A DNA stretch of 62,438 nucleotides, filler included, from an uncultured bacterium (GCA_964449065.1; 17 parts of 17 records of this genome joined end to end with filler, not necessarily neighbours in it), one strand, 5' to 3'; shown: positions 9,338 to 20,226, counted from the first letter of the whole stretch. Numbers and translations are program-made. The notes: generated by a model not told the origin, from the letters alone.

Positions 9338-10732
9338 ATGGTACAATCTATTAATCTTTTTCAGGATGGGAAAGGTCTATTTGGAGGCTTTAACGGCTTC
9401 TTGGACCGCTCTTTTGGTAATGAGAACCAAAACAACCGTCCTCTTTCCGGTTTATTGAACCGCAATACCCTTGGATTTCAATCCAATCCACTGCAATTGC
9501 CCAACAGCAATCCCCTATTGCAGCAAATTCAACAGAAAAACGCAAACGAAAAAGCAGACGAAAAAAAGAAAGACGAAGTCACCCTATCTAATTTCGTAAA
9601 AGATGCGGCGGAAGAAGCAGTAGACAACGCCCGCCAAACTCCTGGGACCACTAGCCAGGTCTTTGTGAGTGAAGATGGACGTTTCGAAGTATCAATCGAT
9701 CTCCAAGTCCGCCGCGACGGCTCCTTCGACCTTGATTTAGCCGTCGGGTTTGCCCAGTCACAAGGAGCGGCCATTTCGAGCCAAACCAACGGCGGCGGAC
9801 AGCAAACCATCGAAGAACAATCAACGGTTGAAGAAGCGGAAGCAGCCGCAACCGGCGAATCACCTCAAGAGGGGGCGGTAACGGAACCAAACGCGTTCCC
9901 TCCGGCCCAATTCAGCGGATTCTCCGGCATCGCGGAACGGTTTACATCGTTTGAACAATCCCTTTCTACCCGTGATTTAGAAGTCAACATTTTCTTTGAA
10001 GAAGCCAAATCGGTCGAATTTCAAGCCCGGCAGCAGTTCGGCGATGAAACCGGCGATCGGTTCCAAGCCGTGGCGGGACAAATATCCAATGAATTCCAAT
10101 TAAATATCAACATCAGCGGCAGCGATATCAACAACTTTAACGAGGCCGCCAACGATCTGCTTCAGTTTGATGACGACGGCACACTCGGCGCCTTCTTAGG
10201 AGCCGCATCCAATGTGCTCAGTTCCGATTCCAGCAACATCGGTTCCTTCATTGACGCGACACGTTCTCTGGTGGGTGCCTCACGCGATTTGGTTTCCAAT
10301 AAACTCAACAACTTCTTCACCGATCTCAACAGCCAGTTCGGCGGCTCATTAGAAGAAATCGGCTTCGAACCCAATTTTATCCAATCGCTGGGTGAAAACG
10401 TGCAAAACGATTTGGATTCTTTCTTCAGCGTCACCAACGATTTATTGGCCAACTTAAGCGGCAGCAATCAAATTGAAGACCCAGAAAACATCGAAGACAC
10501 CGAACTGAACATCTTGGAAGAAAACTTAGAACAACTTCAAGAAGCACGTGAAGAACAAATTGAAGCGGGAATCAGTCGTCCACCGATTTTTGATCCGGAA
10601 AAGGATGAATTGGTGAATGATCCAAGAAAGACCTTTGAAGAACTTTTGGCGGAATTGAATGAGCCGGAAATTCCCGCAGAACAAATCCAACAACAGCAGC
10701 CCGTAGACGGCAATTTTGAATCAATAGCCTAA
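9338..10732 (+). CDS. Hypothetical acidic Q/N/E-rich protein
   Basis: 464-aa ORF with RBS and downstream terminator; no family recognised. Confidence 0.75.
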   Translation: MVQSINLFQDGKGLFGGFNGFLDRSFGNENQNNRPLSGLLNRNTLGFQSNPLQLPNSNPLLQQIQQKNANEKADEKKKDEVTLSNFVKDAAEEAVDNARQTPGTTSQVFVSEDGRFEVSIDLQVRRDGSFDLDLAVGFAQSQGAAISSQTNGGGQQTIEEQSTVEEAEAAATGESPQEGAVTEPNAFPPAQFSGFSGIAERFTSFEQSLSTRDLEVNIFFEEAKSVEFQARQQFGDETGDRFQAVAGQISNEFQLNINISGSDINNFNEAANDLLQFDDDGTLGAFLGAASNVLSSDSSNIGSFIDATRSLVGASRDLVSNKLNNFFTDLNSQFGGSLEEIGFEPNFIQSLGENVQNDLDSFFSVTNDLLANLSGSNQIEDPENIEDTELNILEENLEQLQEAREEQIEAGISRPPIFDPEKDELVNDPRKTFEELLAELNEPEIPAEQIQQQQPVDGNFESIA

Positions 10733-10770
10733 CAAACCCATTACTCTCTAGCCGGGGAGTTTATTTGTAT

Positions 10771-10808
10771 GAAATCCTCTGAGGTTCAATCCTTAGAGGG
10801 TTTTCTTT
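10771..10808 (+). terminator. Probable intrinsic terminator
   Basis: AATCCTCTGAGG-TTCAAT-CCTTAGAGGGTT followed by T-run. Confidence 0.65.
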
Positions 10809-11258
10809 ATACTTCACGTCATTCATGACTCGACAAGTAAAAAGTTGTATATTTCCGACAGGATAGTTATATATTTCCAATAAGATAATTGCAAAAAATG
10901 GTTCGTTTTTGGCAGGACGATACCCCCGCCGAGCCAGCAGCACCCGCCGTTGTTGCCCCCCTTATTAAGGGGGCTAGGGGGCAATGCCATTGATTTAAGC
11001 ATTCAAACTTGTAAGGCAATATCTTCTCCCCCCAAGTTTGGGGGAGACACAGAGGGGGTTGTGAAGAACGCAACCACTCATTTTATTACACAAATCGCCC
11101 GGAATTTTATTAACTCACGTTACGCACTACATTATGATATGCCCATTTTTCTAATCGTNNNNNNNNNNNNNNNNNNNNNNNNNNNNNNNNNNNNNNNNNN
11201 NNTTAATTAATTAANNNNNNNNNNNNNNNNNNNNNNNNNNNNNNNNNNNNNNNNNNNN

Positions 11259-12249
11259 TCATTCCAAGTAATGCCAGACCTACCCATTTGCTTGTTTTCG
11301 TAAACGTCTTCATGTTTACAATCCTCCTAATGCGGTTTTGGAACGCGTGCGCCGGGTTGGCGAACGCGGTCTGCCAGTGGAATTGGTTGTGCAGTATCTG
11401 CTTTTCCGCCGCGTCCACCAGCAGTTTGGAATACTCGATGGGGGCAATCGCCAGTTCGTTGACCACCCGTTCGTCACAGCAGAGTTCCCGTTCACAGCGG
11501 ATTAAATAATTCACCCGCCAGACGATGGGGTGCCACCAAAACACAGCGAATACCGCCGCTTGCAGCCAATTGATAATATGATCCTTGCGTTGAATGTGGA
11601 TTAACTCGTGCGTCAACACCAGACGTTGATGCTCTGGAGGCTCTTGCAACAGCGACTTCGGTACGGAGATATACGGGACAAACAAACCACCCGCGCAGGC
11701 CCCCGCGCCCGCGTGGGATACATACAGCCGCGGCATCCGCATCCCCAGCCGAACACATAAACGGCCGCAGAGCGCGCCGAGGTCTTCATCGTGCAGACGA
11801 ATGCGGGAGGTGTGATACTTCCACAAACGGACTGCGCAGTACCCCGTTACGAAAACCGTTCCCGCCAGTTGCAGCAGAAATAACAGTTCCCCCCATGAAT
11901 ACCACTCGACCGGATGATTTTGTACCGGAGATGCCACAGGATTGTTCGGCGGGAGAAATGCTGACCTCCCATTTTCAGGCTCTTGATACACAACCGCTTC
12001 ATTCAGCGGGGCAGGAATGATAACCGGTTCCGGGGTTGGTGACAATATGGGAACCGGAAGCCACACCAGCGGGGGCAAAATGCATTTGATTAATACGCAA
12101 AGTAACAGCCAATAGCGCAATTTCGGCGAGAAGGACTTGCCATATCGAATTACTATTTCCGCAAACAAATACACGACGATTGCGCCGGGCAAACTCAGAA
12201 GAATCCACTGCTGCCACACTTCCGCCATGTGTTCAATCCATGCTGTCAT
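11259..12249 (-). CDS. BlaR1/MecR1-like M56 metallopeptidase (3' truncated)
   Basis: HELIHIQRKD zinc motif, FWWHP, ERELCCDE. Confidence 0.9.
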
Positions 12250-12655
12250 CGGATTCCTCCTTTTTCTTCTGCTCAAGCGCTTCCAGCATCTTTCGGATTT
12301 CGACAATGTCATCCACACTCAGGTCGCTGGTTTCAATCAACTGCGAAAACACGGGGATGGGGTCGCTTCCGGCGAATTGCGCGAGATACTTTTTAAACAT
12401 GTGCTTTTGCGCGCGGTCCGGCTTCAGCACCGCTTGGTACACAAAAGCCTTGCCCACCTGTTTGCCGGTTTTTTGGATGTACTTCTTGGCTTCCAAACGC
12501 TGAAGCAGGGTGACAACGGTGGCGTGCGCGCGTTCTTCTTTGCGCTTCTTGCCGATGTGCTCTCTCACCCCGCGCGCGGTGGAAGGGCCCAGCTGCCACA
12601 ACGCCTGCAACACTTCCAGTTCAGAATCCGGCAAACGGAGCGTCTCTTTCGCCAT
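12233..12655 (-). CDS. BlaI/MecI/CopY family repressor
   Basis: ELEVLQALWQLGPST, TVVTLLQRLEAK; overlaps the M56 gene. Confidence 0.92.
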   Translation of the reverse strand: MAKETLRLPDSELEVLQALWQLGPSTARGVREHIGKKRKEERAHATVVTLLQRLEAKKYIQKTGKQVGKAFVYQAVLKPDRAQKHMFKKYLAQFAGSDPIPVFSQLIETSDLSVDDIVEIRKMLEALEQKKKEESDDSMD

Positions 12656-12695
12656 GATGCTCTCCTTTCCCAACTGCTGTGAACGGTTAATCCAT

Positions 12696-12751
12696 ACATT
12701 ATCGACATCCGTCGATTTTGTCAAGTGAAAAATTACATTTGTCGATAATGT
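12696..12751. promoter_or_regulatory. Putative BlaI-type operators overlapping the promoter
   Basis: ATCGAC-ATCC-GTCGAT palindrome (12701-12716) and TTACA-TT-TGTCGA flanking a minus-strand TTGACA. Confidence 0.55.
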
Positions 12752-12873
12752 ATTTTTACGATGATCGAACCGCACGAAATCTTTTGCCGTACACTTTTGC
12801 CGTACACTGTATAAAGAAACGATCATCTATGGTATGATTTTACCGCACAATTCAATCACTTTGGAGAAAAACC

Positions 12874-14238
12874 ATGAACCAAATCTCGCGCAGAACGTTT
12901 CTCGATCAAAGCGCCAAAACCACAATTGGCTTATCCGCCGCGATGGTTAGCGCCAATTCCAAGCGGGTGATGGGCGCGAACGACCGTATCGTTCTCGCCG
13001 GTATCGGTATCGGGGGACGCAACACCAGCTTATTGCGCGGCTTCATCAAATGGGATGAGATCGACATCAAAACACTCTGCGACGCCAACCTGAACCGCGG
13101 CCGTTTGCAAGAAATGTCAGAGTTCATCACCAACGCGCGCGGTAAAAAGCCGGTCATCACCCAAGAGATGAACGAGGTGTTTGACGACAAAGACATTCAA
13201 GCGGTTGTCATCGCAACGCCCGACCATTGGCATGGTCCGGCAACGGTCTTCGCTTGCCAAGCCGGAAAAGACGTATACGTTGAAAAGCCGATCTCGCACA
13301 ACATTTGGGAAGGCCGAAAGATGGTGGAAGCGGCAAAGAAGTACAACCGCGTCGTGCAGTGCGGTACCCAAAACCGCAGCGCCGAATACAACTACCACGC
13401 CTTGGATTACATCAAAAGCGGCAAACTGGGAGACATTCACCTCTGCAAAGTATTCAACATGAAGCCGGGCGGACCCTACCACATAGGGGAACCCGCTGAG
13501 GTGCCGGACGGATTTGATTATGACAAATGGCTCGGCCCCGCGGCGACGCGCCCCTACAACCCCAGCGTGGTGGACGGATGGCACATGTTTTGGGATTTCA
13601 CCGCGGGTGATTTAGCCGATGACGGAGCCCATCAACTGGATTTAGCGCGGATGCTTATCCAACGCGATACCCCCTCAGCCGTTCACAGCAGCGGAGGGAA
13701 AATCGCGTTCAACGATGACCGCGAAGTACCCGATACACTGGTAACAACATACGAATTTGGCACGGGTTTGATCCTGACCTTCGAACTCACTCAATGGACC
13801 CCTTATATGAAGAAAACCCCGGCGGATGTTCGTTCGGGAGATCAATTTCCATTGTGGTTTCAAAGCGCGACCCGCATTGAGTTGTATGGCACCAAAGGTA
13901 TGATGATCATCGGAAGGCATGGCGGCGGGTGGCAGGTGTTTTCCAACGACGGCGAGGTCGTTGAGCAGGAATACGGCCGCTTTCCGGATTTTGAAGTGGA
14001 TGACCCACACAAGCAAAACTTCATCGACTGTATCAAATCCCGCGGCAAACCCAATGCGGATATTGAGACCGGACACTACAGCGCGTGTTTGATTCACTAT
14101 GCCAGTGTATCGAACCGGGTCGGCAACCGGCAGTTGAAGTTTGATGGCCGTACCGAAACCTTCATCGGCGATGAGGAAGCCAACATGCTGGTCAAACGCT
14201 TTTACCGCCCGCCGTATGTTATTCCAGAACAAGTGTAG
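12874..14238 (+). CDS. Tat-exported Gfo/Idh/MocA oxidoreductase
   Basis: SRRTFL Tat motif, GIGGR, IATPDHWH, DVYVEKP. Confidence 0.92.
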   Translation: MNQISRRTFLDQSAKTTIGLSAAMVSANSKRVMGANDRIVLAGIGIGGRNTSLLRGFIKWDEIDIKTLCDANLNRGRLQEMSEFITNARGKKPVITQEMNEVFDDKDIQAVVIATPDHWHGPATVFACQAGKDVYVEKPISHNIWEGRKMVEAAKKYNRVVQCGTQNRSAEYNYHALDYIKSGKLGDIHLCKVFNMKPGGPYHIGEPAEVPDGFDYDKWLGPAATRPYNPSVVDGWHMFWDFTAGDLADDGAHQLDLARMLIQRDTPSAVHSSGGKIAFNDDREVPDTLVTTYEFGTGLILTFELTQWTPYMKKTPADVRSGDQFPLWFQSATRIELYGTKGMMIIGRHGGGWQVFSNDGEVVEQEYGRFPDFEVDDPHKQNFIDCIKSRGKPNADIETGHYSACLIHYASVSNRVGNRQLKFDGRTETFIGDEEANMLVKRFYRPPYVIPEQV

Positions 14239-14247
14239 GAGAAAAAC

Positions 14248-14565
14248 ATGATTGTCAAAAACCAAGACGGGAAACTGGAACATTTAGAAGGAGTAGAACG
14301 CCGCGTATTGTCGCACGGCGGCAAAATGATGGCGGTTGAGTTCCGGTTTAAGAAGGGGGCAGTCGGCGCGCCGCACAGCCACCCGCACGAACAGATCGGC
14401 TATATTGTATCCGGCAGCTTTGAACTGGAACTGAACGGCCATAAAGAAATTCTTAAAGCGGGCGATACCTACTACGTCCCGCCAAACACAGAACACGGTG
14501 TCGTCGCGCTGGAAGACAGCGTTGTCTTTGATGCGTTTACCCCCCATCGCGAAGATTTACTGTAG
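14248..14565 (+). CDS. Cupin protein (KdgF-like)
   Basis: HSHPHEQIGYIVSGSFE, YVPPNTEHG, DAFTPHRED. Confidence 0.88.
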   Translation: MIVKNQDGKLEHLEGVERRVLSHGGKMMAVEFRFKKGAVGAPHSHPHEQIGYIVSGSFELELNGHKEILKAGDTYYVPPNTEHGVVALEDSVVFDAFTPHREDLL

Positions 14566-15000
14566 GCACACAATCTGTTTGGACTGCTCCATAGGGGGTA
14601 TCTGATACCAAACGAAAAAAATGTCCGTTTTCGGTACGAATGGTGGGCTGCCGGACAAAAGCCGTTCGATTGGATTCAGGTCTACACCCAACCACATTCG
14701 CCGCCACCCCTCCTCTGTTTCTCCCTCAACTTGGGGGAGAAAAGGCTTTGTGTTTTCAGACGAATTGCCTAAAATCAATGGCATTTCGTGCAGGGGGAAG
14801 CGGCAGGGGGCTGCCCACTGCACGTTGAGGAAATTTCTTACATTAACTCACGTTACGCATTACATTATGATATGCCCGTTTTTCTAATCGTTCGCTGAAT
14901 NNNNNNNNNNNNNNNNNNNNNNNNNNNNNNNNNNNNNNNNNNNNTTAATTAATTAANNNNNNNNNNNNNNNNNNNNNNNNNNNNNNNNNNNNNNNNNNNN

Positions 15001-15060
15001 GAATTGGATAATGGTTTCCATATCTTCTCTAACGGCATTCCGAATTTCCATCATGCTCAT
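15001..15060 (-). CDS. Probable GNAT acetyltransferase, N-terminal fragment
   Basis: MSMMEIRNAVREDMETIIQF, truncated by contig end. Confidence 0.45.
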
Positions 15061-15165
15061 CTCCAATTTTGCGCGCCGCAATAGTGAATGAGCCGGAATT
15101 GTACTACTATCTAAAAGAAAGACATACCGTAAAAAAACCAAATACTAAATCATGGAGGACTATTT

Positions 15166-16458
15166 ATGATGGAACTGGAAAGACGGAGTTTATTGAAGGG
15201 TGGAGCGACAATTGCCGCCGGAACATTGATTGGAACATCCAAATCCTGGGCGGGTGCGAACGACCGGATCAATGTGGCAGTGATCGGGCTGAACGGCAGA
15301 GGAAAATCTCACATCAAAGCGCACCAAGAAGCGCCCAATGTGGAAGTGACGACATTGTGCGATGTGGATAAACAGGTGTTGGCCAAGCGGGCATCAGAAT
15401 TTGAAGAACGCTACGAGCAAAAGGTGAAAACGGTGGTGGATATGCGCGACGCGTTCGCCGATAAAGAACTTGACGCGGTTTCGATCGCCACGCCGAACCA
15501 CTGGCACGCGTTGGCCACGATCTGGTCCTGTCAAGCGGGGAAGGATGTGTATGTCGAAAAACCGGGCGCGCACAATATCTTTGAAGGCCGCAAGATGATT
15601 GAGGCGGCTTATAAGTACCGCCGTATCGTACAGCACGGCGTTCAACTGCGAAGTTCAGAAGCTTTACAAGAAGCCGTGCAGCTGCTGCGCGATGGGATCA
15701 TCGGTGATGTGTATCTTGCACGCGGATTGTGCTTTCGTACACGCGGTTCAATCGGCAACAAAAAGCCCAAATTTGTGCCGGAGCATTTGGATTACAACCT
15801 GTGGCTGGGGCCGGCTCAATACCGTCCGTATTCAGAAAATATAGTGCACTATAACTGGCACTGGCATTGGGATTTTGGCAACGGCGATGTGGGCAACCAA
15901 GGTGTGCACGAAACCGATATGTGCATTTGGGGATTGGGTGTAGAAACGCATCCCGATCAAGTCACCGCGATGGGCGGAAAGTTCTTATGGGATGATGATA
16001 AAGAGACGCCGGAATTGTTATCGACTCTCTACAAATACACCGGCCAAAACAAGATGATCCAGTTTGAAACACGTCCGTGGAACACGAACGCGGAAGCCGG
16101 GGCAACGGTTGGAAACATCTTCTACGGCAAAGACGGCTATATGGTGATCAAAGGATATGAAACGTTTGAGACCTATTTGGGACGAAGAAGCGAACCGGGT
16201 CCAAAAGGCAAAGCGGGCGGCAACCACTTCGCGAATTTCCATAAAGCGGTACGAAGCCGCAAGATGGAAGATCAAAACGGCCCGGTGGAAACCATTCATT
16301 ACTCTTCCACCATTGCGCATTTGGGGAACATCGCGTTTCGGGTGGGTGACCGCTTAGAGTTTGACCCGCATAACGAGCGGTTTGTGGATAACGATCACGC
16401 GAATTACTATCTCGCCCGCCGCTACCGCGGGGAGTTTGTGGTACCGGATATTGTGTAG
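15166..16458 (+). CDS. Tat-exported Gfo/Idh/MocA oxidoreductase
   Basis: RRSLLK, GLNGRG, IATPNHWH, DVYVEKP. Confidence 0.92.
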   Translation: MMELERRSLLKGGATIAAGTLIGTSKSWAGANDRINVAVIGLNGRGKSHIKAHQEAPNVEVTTLCDVDKQVLAKRASEFEERYEQKVKTVVDMRDAFADKELDAVSIATPNHWHALATIWSCQAGKDVYVEKPGAHNIFEGRKMIEAAYKYRRIVQHGVQLRSSEALQEAVQLLRDGIIGDVYLARGLCFRTRGSIGNKKPKFVPEHLDYNLWLGPAQYRPYSENIVHYNWHWHWDFGNGDVGNQGVHETDMCIWGLGVETHPDQVTAMGGKFLWDDDKETPELLSTLYKYTGQNKMIQFETRPWNTNAEAGATVGNIFYGKDGYMVIKGYETFETYLGRRSEPGPKGKAGGNHFANFHKAVRSRKMEDQNGPVETIHYSSTIAHLGNIAFRVGDRLEFDPHNERFVDNDHANYYLARRYRGEFVVPDIV

Positions 16459-16482
16459 TTCATAAAAAACAATACGTGTGCT

Positions 16483-17256
16483 TTATTGGATAGGGATATC
16501 ATCCAACATCGCGCCGGAATCGGCCACCAGCACATATCCGGTGTTGTCTTGTGCCCACACGAGGACTTCACACGGGTGTCTGACCGTTGCCGGCCCCTTG
16601 GGTTGAACCAGGGTTCGCTTCATCGTGGCAGGCAGCAAAAAATCGGAGGGTTGAAATTGAAAGAGTGTATATTCTCCCGCTGAATTCATCCAGCGGGAAT
16701 ACAAAACGGGATGCGTTCCCAGTACACATTTTCTTCCACCTACCAACGCGTATTGGTTTCCTAAGTCCGGCAAGGAAATATCAAATGGCAATACGGTTCG
16801 CATTTCCTGTTCAAGAAAGGATTTATCATGAGTCTTTACGTCCAGCCGAACTTCATCGACATGGTCGTTCATGGCCAATAAAGCGAGGGTTTGCAGGTTT
16901 TGTTCCGTGATCGAATGATGCCAAGCATACCATCCGCTCAATCCCAAGACAGCAAGGATGAGCACTGCCGCGCATGAGAATATAACTTGTTTCAAAACGC
17001 GCGGGGTTTGTTGTGATTCATCCGGTATGGAAAGAAGATACTGCTTCATCAGCGGTGAGGACGGGACATCCAGCACCGCGAGACGCAGCCGCTCTTCTTC
17101 ATGGAGATAGGTTAGCCATTCCTGTTTGACCGAATCATCCGCCTGTGCGATTTCGGCTTCAAACGCACTTCGGCGATCATTATCAATCGGCAGGAGTATC
17201 ATCTCTTGCATACGGCGCACCCACTGTTCGTCTATAGGATTGTTGATGTTCATCAT
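16483..17256 (-). CDS. Transmembrane anti-sigma factor
   Basis: Single TM helix, LVGGRKC extracytoplasmic motif, overlaps the ECF sigma gene. Confidence 0.75.
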   Translation of the reverse strand: MMNINNPIDEQWVRRMQEMILLPIDNDRRSAFEAEIAQADDSVKQEWLTYLHEEERLRLAVLDVPSSPLMKQYLLSIPDESQQTPRVLKQVIFSCAAVLILAVLGLSGWYAWHHSITEQNLQTLALLAMNDHVDEVRLDVKTHDKSFLEQEMRTVLPFDISLPDLGNQYALVGGRKCVLGTHPVLYSRWMNSAGEYTLFQFQPSDFLLPATMKRTLVQPKGPATVRHPCEVLVWAQDNTGYVLVADSGAMLDDIPIQ

Positions 17257-17837
17257 GACTCCGGCATCTGAATTTGTTTTGAATCCGGCTCGGAATTTTG
17301 GGAATTCAGATGCGTATAGTTTGGGTAATCCGGTGTTAAAAATTGCCGTAAAAATAACCGGGCTCTGTGAATACGGGAAAGGACCGTTCCTAACGGCAGT
17401 TCCAATAGGTTTGCTGTTTCCTGACAGGTAAACCCCGCAAGATAAACCAGCAAAAACGGTTCTTTATAAATTTCATCCAGCGAATCCAGCGCTTTTTGCA
17501 TGGTTTGATGCTGAATAAAATATTCCGCCGGATCGACGGCTGGACTTTCCAGTACCTGTTCCAAAGAAGAAAAGGGAATACCTTGTTGCGGTGTGGTCTT
17601 TTCTTTTCTCAGCCAACGGGCATAACAGTGTTTTAAAATCTGATACAACCACGCCCTGCCGCGGGAAGGATCCCGCAATGAATGAATCGATTTCCATGCT
17701 TCATAATAGGTTTCCTGAATCAAATCTTCGGCGGTTTCTTGCTGGCCGCACATCCGGACGGCAAAGCGGTAAAGGCGTTCCGCGTTGGAATGCACCAATT
17801 GCTCGTAGAGTTCTTTATGCTTTTGAAAATGGCTCAT
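17253..17837 (-). CDS. ECF RNA polymerase sigma factor
   Basis: AEDLIQETY, AWLYQI, PLGTVLSRIHRAR. Confidence 0.92.
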   Translation of the reverse strand: MSHFQKHKELYEQLVHSNAERLYRFAVRMCGQQETAEDLIQETYYEAWKSIHSLRDPSRGRAWLYQILKHCYARWLRKEKTTPQQGIPFSSLEQVLESPAVDPAEYFIQHQTMQKALDSLDEIYKEPFLLVYLAGFTCQETANLLELPLGTVLSRIHRARLFLRQFLTPDYPNYTHLNSQNSEPDSKQIQMPES

Positions 17838-17995
17838 GGATTAAAAGTCATCGTTCATATTTGTATGGGGTTAACATCGAGTCTCCCTGCGGATGTGAGA
17901 AAATAGGAGGAAGGTGCTTTGAATGATCCCTCCCTCCAACCGTTTTCACCTCAGGTAAAACATCTCATTTTGGGGGACATAAACGATCATGTTAT

Positions 17996-18448
17996 TTATG
18001 ATGCCTGTTTTACCGCTTCTTGTAATGCCGCTCCCATTTCTTTTAGATTTTTTTCGTGTGAGAGTTTTTCAACGACTTCTTTCGTGTTGGCGTCAATGAG
18101 CAGAATAAACCCGGTGGAGCCGCCATGTTTTGCCCATACCTGATTCAATCCCATCGCGTTCGCAAGATATTGGGATTGTTTCCGGTCAAACTCGCGGGTT
18201 TGATCGAAGGTGACATACAACGCCGGCTGCAAGTCAAATTTGGCTTGCAGTTCTTCAAACACCGGCCCCATCGCTTTGCAATAGCCGCACCAATCCGCGT
18301 GAAACTTCACGGCGATGATTTTGGGTCCGGCGGCGCTTGCATTGTTTTCCGACGATTGCAGCGGTATGGTTTGCAGCATAACGATAGCGGCAACAAAAAC
18401 CGGTACTACCCACAGCGCTTTTTTGAGATGAAACATTTCTTTTTTCAT
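17996..18448 (-). CDS. Exported thioredoxin-like protein
   Basis: KFHADWCGYCK; N-terminal hydrophobic segment. Confidence 0.85.
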   Translation of the reverse strand: MKKEMFHLKKALWVVPVFVAAIVMLQTIPLQSSENNASAAGPKIIAVKFHADWCGYCKAMGPVFEELQAKFDLQPALYVTFDQTREFDRKQSQYLANAMGLNQVWAKHGGSTGFILLIDANTKEVVEKLSHEKNLKEMGAALQEAVKQAS

Positions 18449-18791
18449 GATACCTACCTCCAAATTTTATTGTAAATCGTTTATACAGCGTTTGCTGTCC
18501 GTGCTAAAAATAGATGAATCACGCAATAGAAGTAATGAAACCGATTCAAACCGCATTAATTAACTCATGTTACGCACTACTTATTATGATATACCCGTTT
18601 TTCTAATTGATCGCTGAATCTATCGCCCTCGCCCACNNNNNNNNNNNNNNNNNNNNNNNNNNNNNNNNNNNNNNNNNNNNTTAATTAATTAANNNNNNNN
18701 NNNNNNNNNNNNNNNNNNNNNNNNNNNNNNNNNNNNGGGGGAGGCTAGGTGGGGGTTAAACGCTCAGTGCTTCAAACCCTCCCCTAACCCC

Positions 18792-18942
18792 CAATGTCAT
18801 TGACTTAAGGAATTAGAGCAATTCAAGGTTGGATAAACAGGAAATGGGTATTGCACTTGCCGTAGGGGCACATTGCAATGTGCCCCTACACAACGTCTAC
18901 GCAAACCTGAAATGATCTAAGAGTGCTAAGTCAATGGCATTG
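18792..18942. mobile_element. IS4-like MITE (TIR CAATGTCATTGACTTA / TAAGTCAATGGCATTG) with a nested second MITE
   Basis: 10-bp TSD CCCTAACCCC at 18782-18791 and 18943-18952. Confidence 0.8.
18814..18919. mobile_element. MITE family C (TAGAGCAATTCA...TGAAATGATCTA) containing a GTAG-type REP hairpin
   Basis: Reverse copy near 24692-24797, related copy 32582-32676; internal GTAGGGGCACATTGCAATGTGCCCCTAC palindrome. Confidence 0.75.
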
Positions 18943-19048
18943 CCCTAACCCCTCCCACCTTTGGGATGGGGAATTTCTCTTCAAGCGGCTGACCTATTAC
19001 AAAGCTTGTTGTGGCGAAAATGAAGGTAGAATGGGAATGGAAGTGGAT

Positions 19049-19534
19049 TCACAGATTTTGGAGAAAATCCAACGACTTTTCATCCACGGGATCAAGAGTA
19101 TTCAGCATCGCCGATTGCGCCGCATTGAATAACTGCCGGTCGCTGGTTATGAAGTGGAAATCATCTCCATAGATTGAATGCAAATATAGTGCAGTCGATA
19201 ATTGAATGGCATCAGAAGCTTTTAAAGGATTTTTTGACATGATGTCAATCGCATTGGTTTCAATTTGTGAGTTTACATCAAGAAAAATAAACCGGGATTT
19301 ACTCTCCATTTGGAAGGTATAATACAAATTGTAGGCTTCTTCTAACGAAATCACACCATCTCTTTGTAACCGCATTCCTACAGAACCCATTTCAACAATC
19401 GTTAACCGGGCAGCAAACAACAAAGATTCAAATCCGCCCTGATACTCAAATATTTTATTTACTGCGTCAGATCCTTTTTCAATTTTATAACGTTTTACTA
19501 AAGCGGAGGCATCAAAATAAAAGATTGAAGGCAT
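19049..19534 (-). CDS. VapC-type PIN-domain toxin
   Basis: YFDASALVKRY, LKASDAIQLSTA, FITSDRQL. Confidence 0.9.
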   Translation of the reverse strand: MPSIFYFDASALVKRYKIEKGSDAVNKIFEYQGGFESLLFAARLTIVEMGSVGMRLQRDGVISLEEAYNLYYTFQMESKSRFIFLDVNSQIETNAIDIMSKNPLKASDAIQLSTALYLHSIYGDDFHFITSDRQLFNAAQSAMLNTLDPVDEKSLDFLQNL

Positions 19535-19750
19535 TTAATACCGGGCCTCCCGGCGCATTTCAATTAACACATCAGATAGACTCACATCTCCTAAACGCTC
19601 ATTCAACATTTGCCGGCATTCTTCAACGCTCAAGGGTTCTTTGTCTTGCAGTCCAACTTGTTTTCTAAACACATCAATATCATATTGAGTCAGTTGATAA
19701 CAGTTATCCGGCAATTTCATTATTTTATCTTGCACTATTTTCGAACTCAT
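19535..19750 (-). CDS. Putative antitoxin
   Basis: Small ORF abutting the PIN gene, C-terminal SLSDVLIEMRREAR. Confidence 0.7.
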   Translation of the reverse strand: MSSKIVQDKIMKLPDNCYQLTQYDIDVFRKQVGLQDKEPLSVEECRQMLNERLGDVSLSDVLIEMRREARY

Positions 19751-19817
19751 TGAACAACTCCAAACTTTTAAACTATACATTATTATACCGCATTTCAGTA
19801 TATGGAATATAGTAAAA

Positions 19818-20204
19818 CTACGGTCCATATTCCGAAGGCATTTTTCCCACTGCAAGCACACTGCATGCCTGCACGGGGTTCAAGCCCATCTCTTTCGCCT
19901 TCTCAACCGCTTCTTCACTTTCCGAGCCGGGATTGAAAAACAGCATTTCCGGCGATTTGGCTTTGATGTCTTCCAACACATTCATCACTTTATCGGGGGG
20001 GAGATACACGCTGATGGTTTCGACTTCACCGGGAATATCCTTAACAGAGGGGTAACACTTCAGTCCTTCGATTTCTTCTTCGTTGGGATTCACGGGATAG
20101 ACCGTGAAGTCTTGATCTTTGTACGCGCGCACGGCAATGTTGCCGTACTTCTTCCGGTTGTTGGACGCGCCGATGATAGCGATGGTTTTGTTTGGATCGG
20201 GCAT
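19818..20204 (-). CDS. CoA-binding protein (YccU-like)
   Basis: IAIIGASNNRKKYG, VYPVNP, FFNPG. Confidence 0.9.
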   Translation of the reverse strand: MPDPNKTIAIIGASNNRKKYGNIAVRAYKDQDFTVYPVNPNEEEIEGLKCYPSVKDIPGEVETISVYLPPDKVMNVLEDIKAKSPEMLFFNPGSESEEAVEKAKEMGLNPVQACSVLAVGKMPSEYGP

Positions 20205-20226
20205 GGTTATTCCTTGTTTGAAGTGG

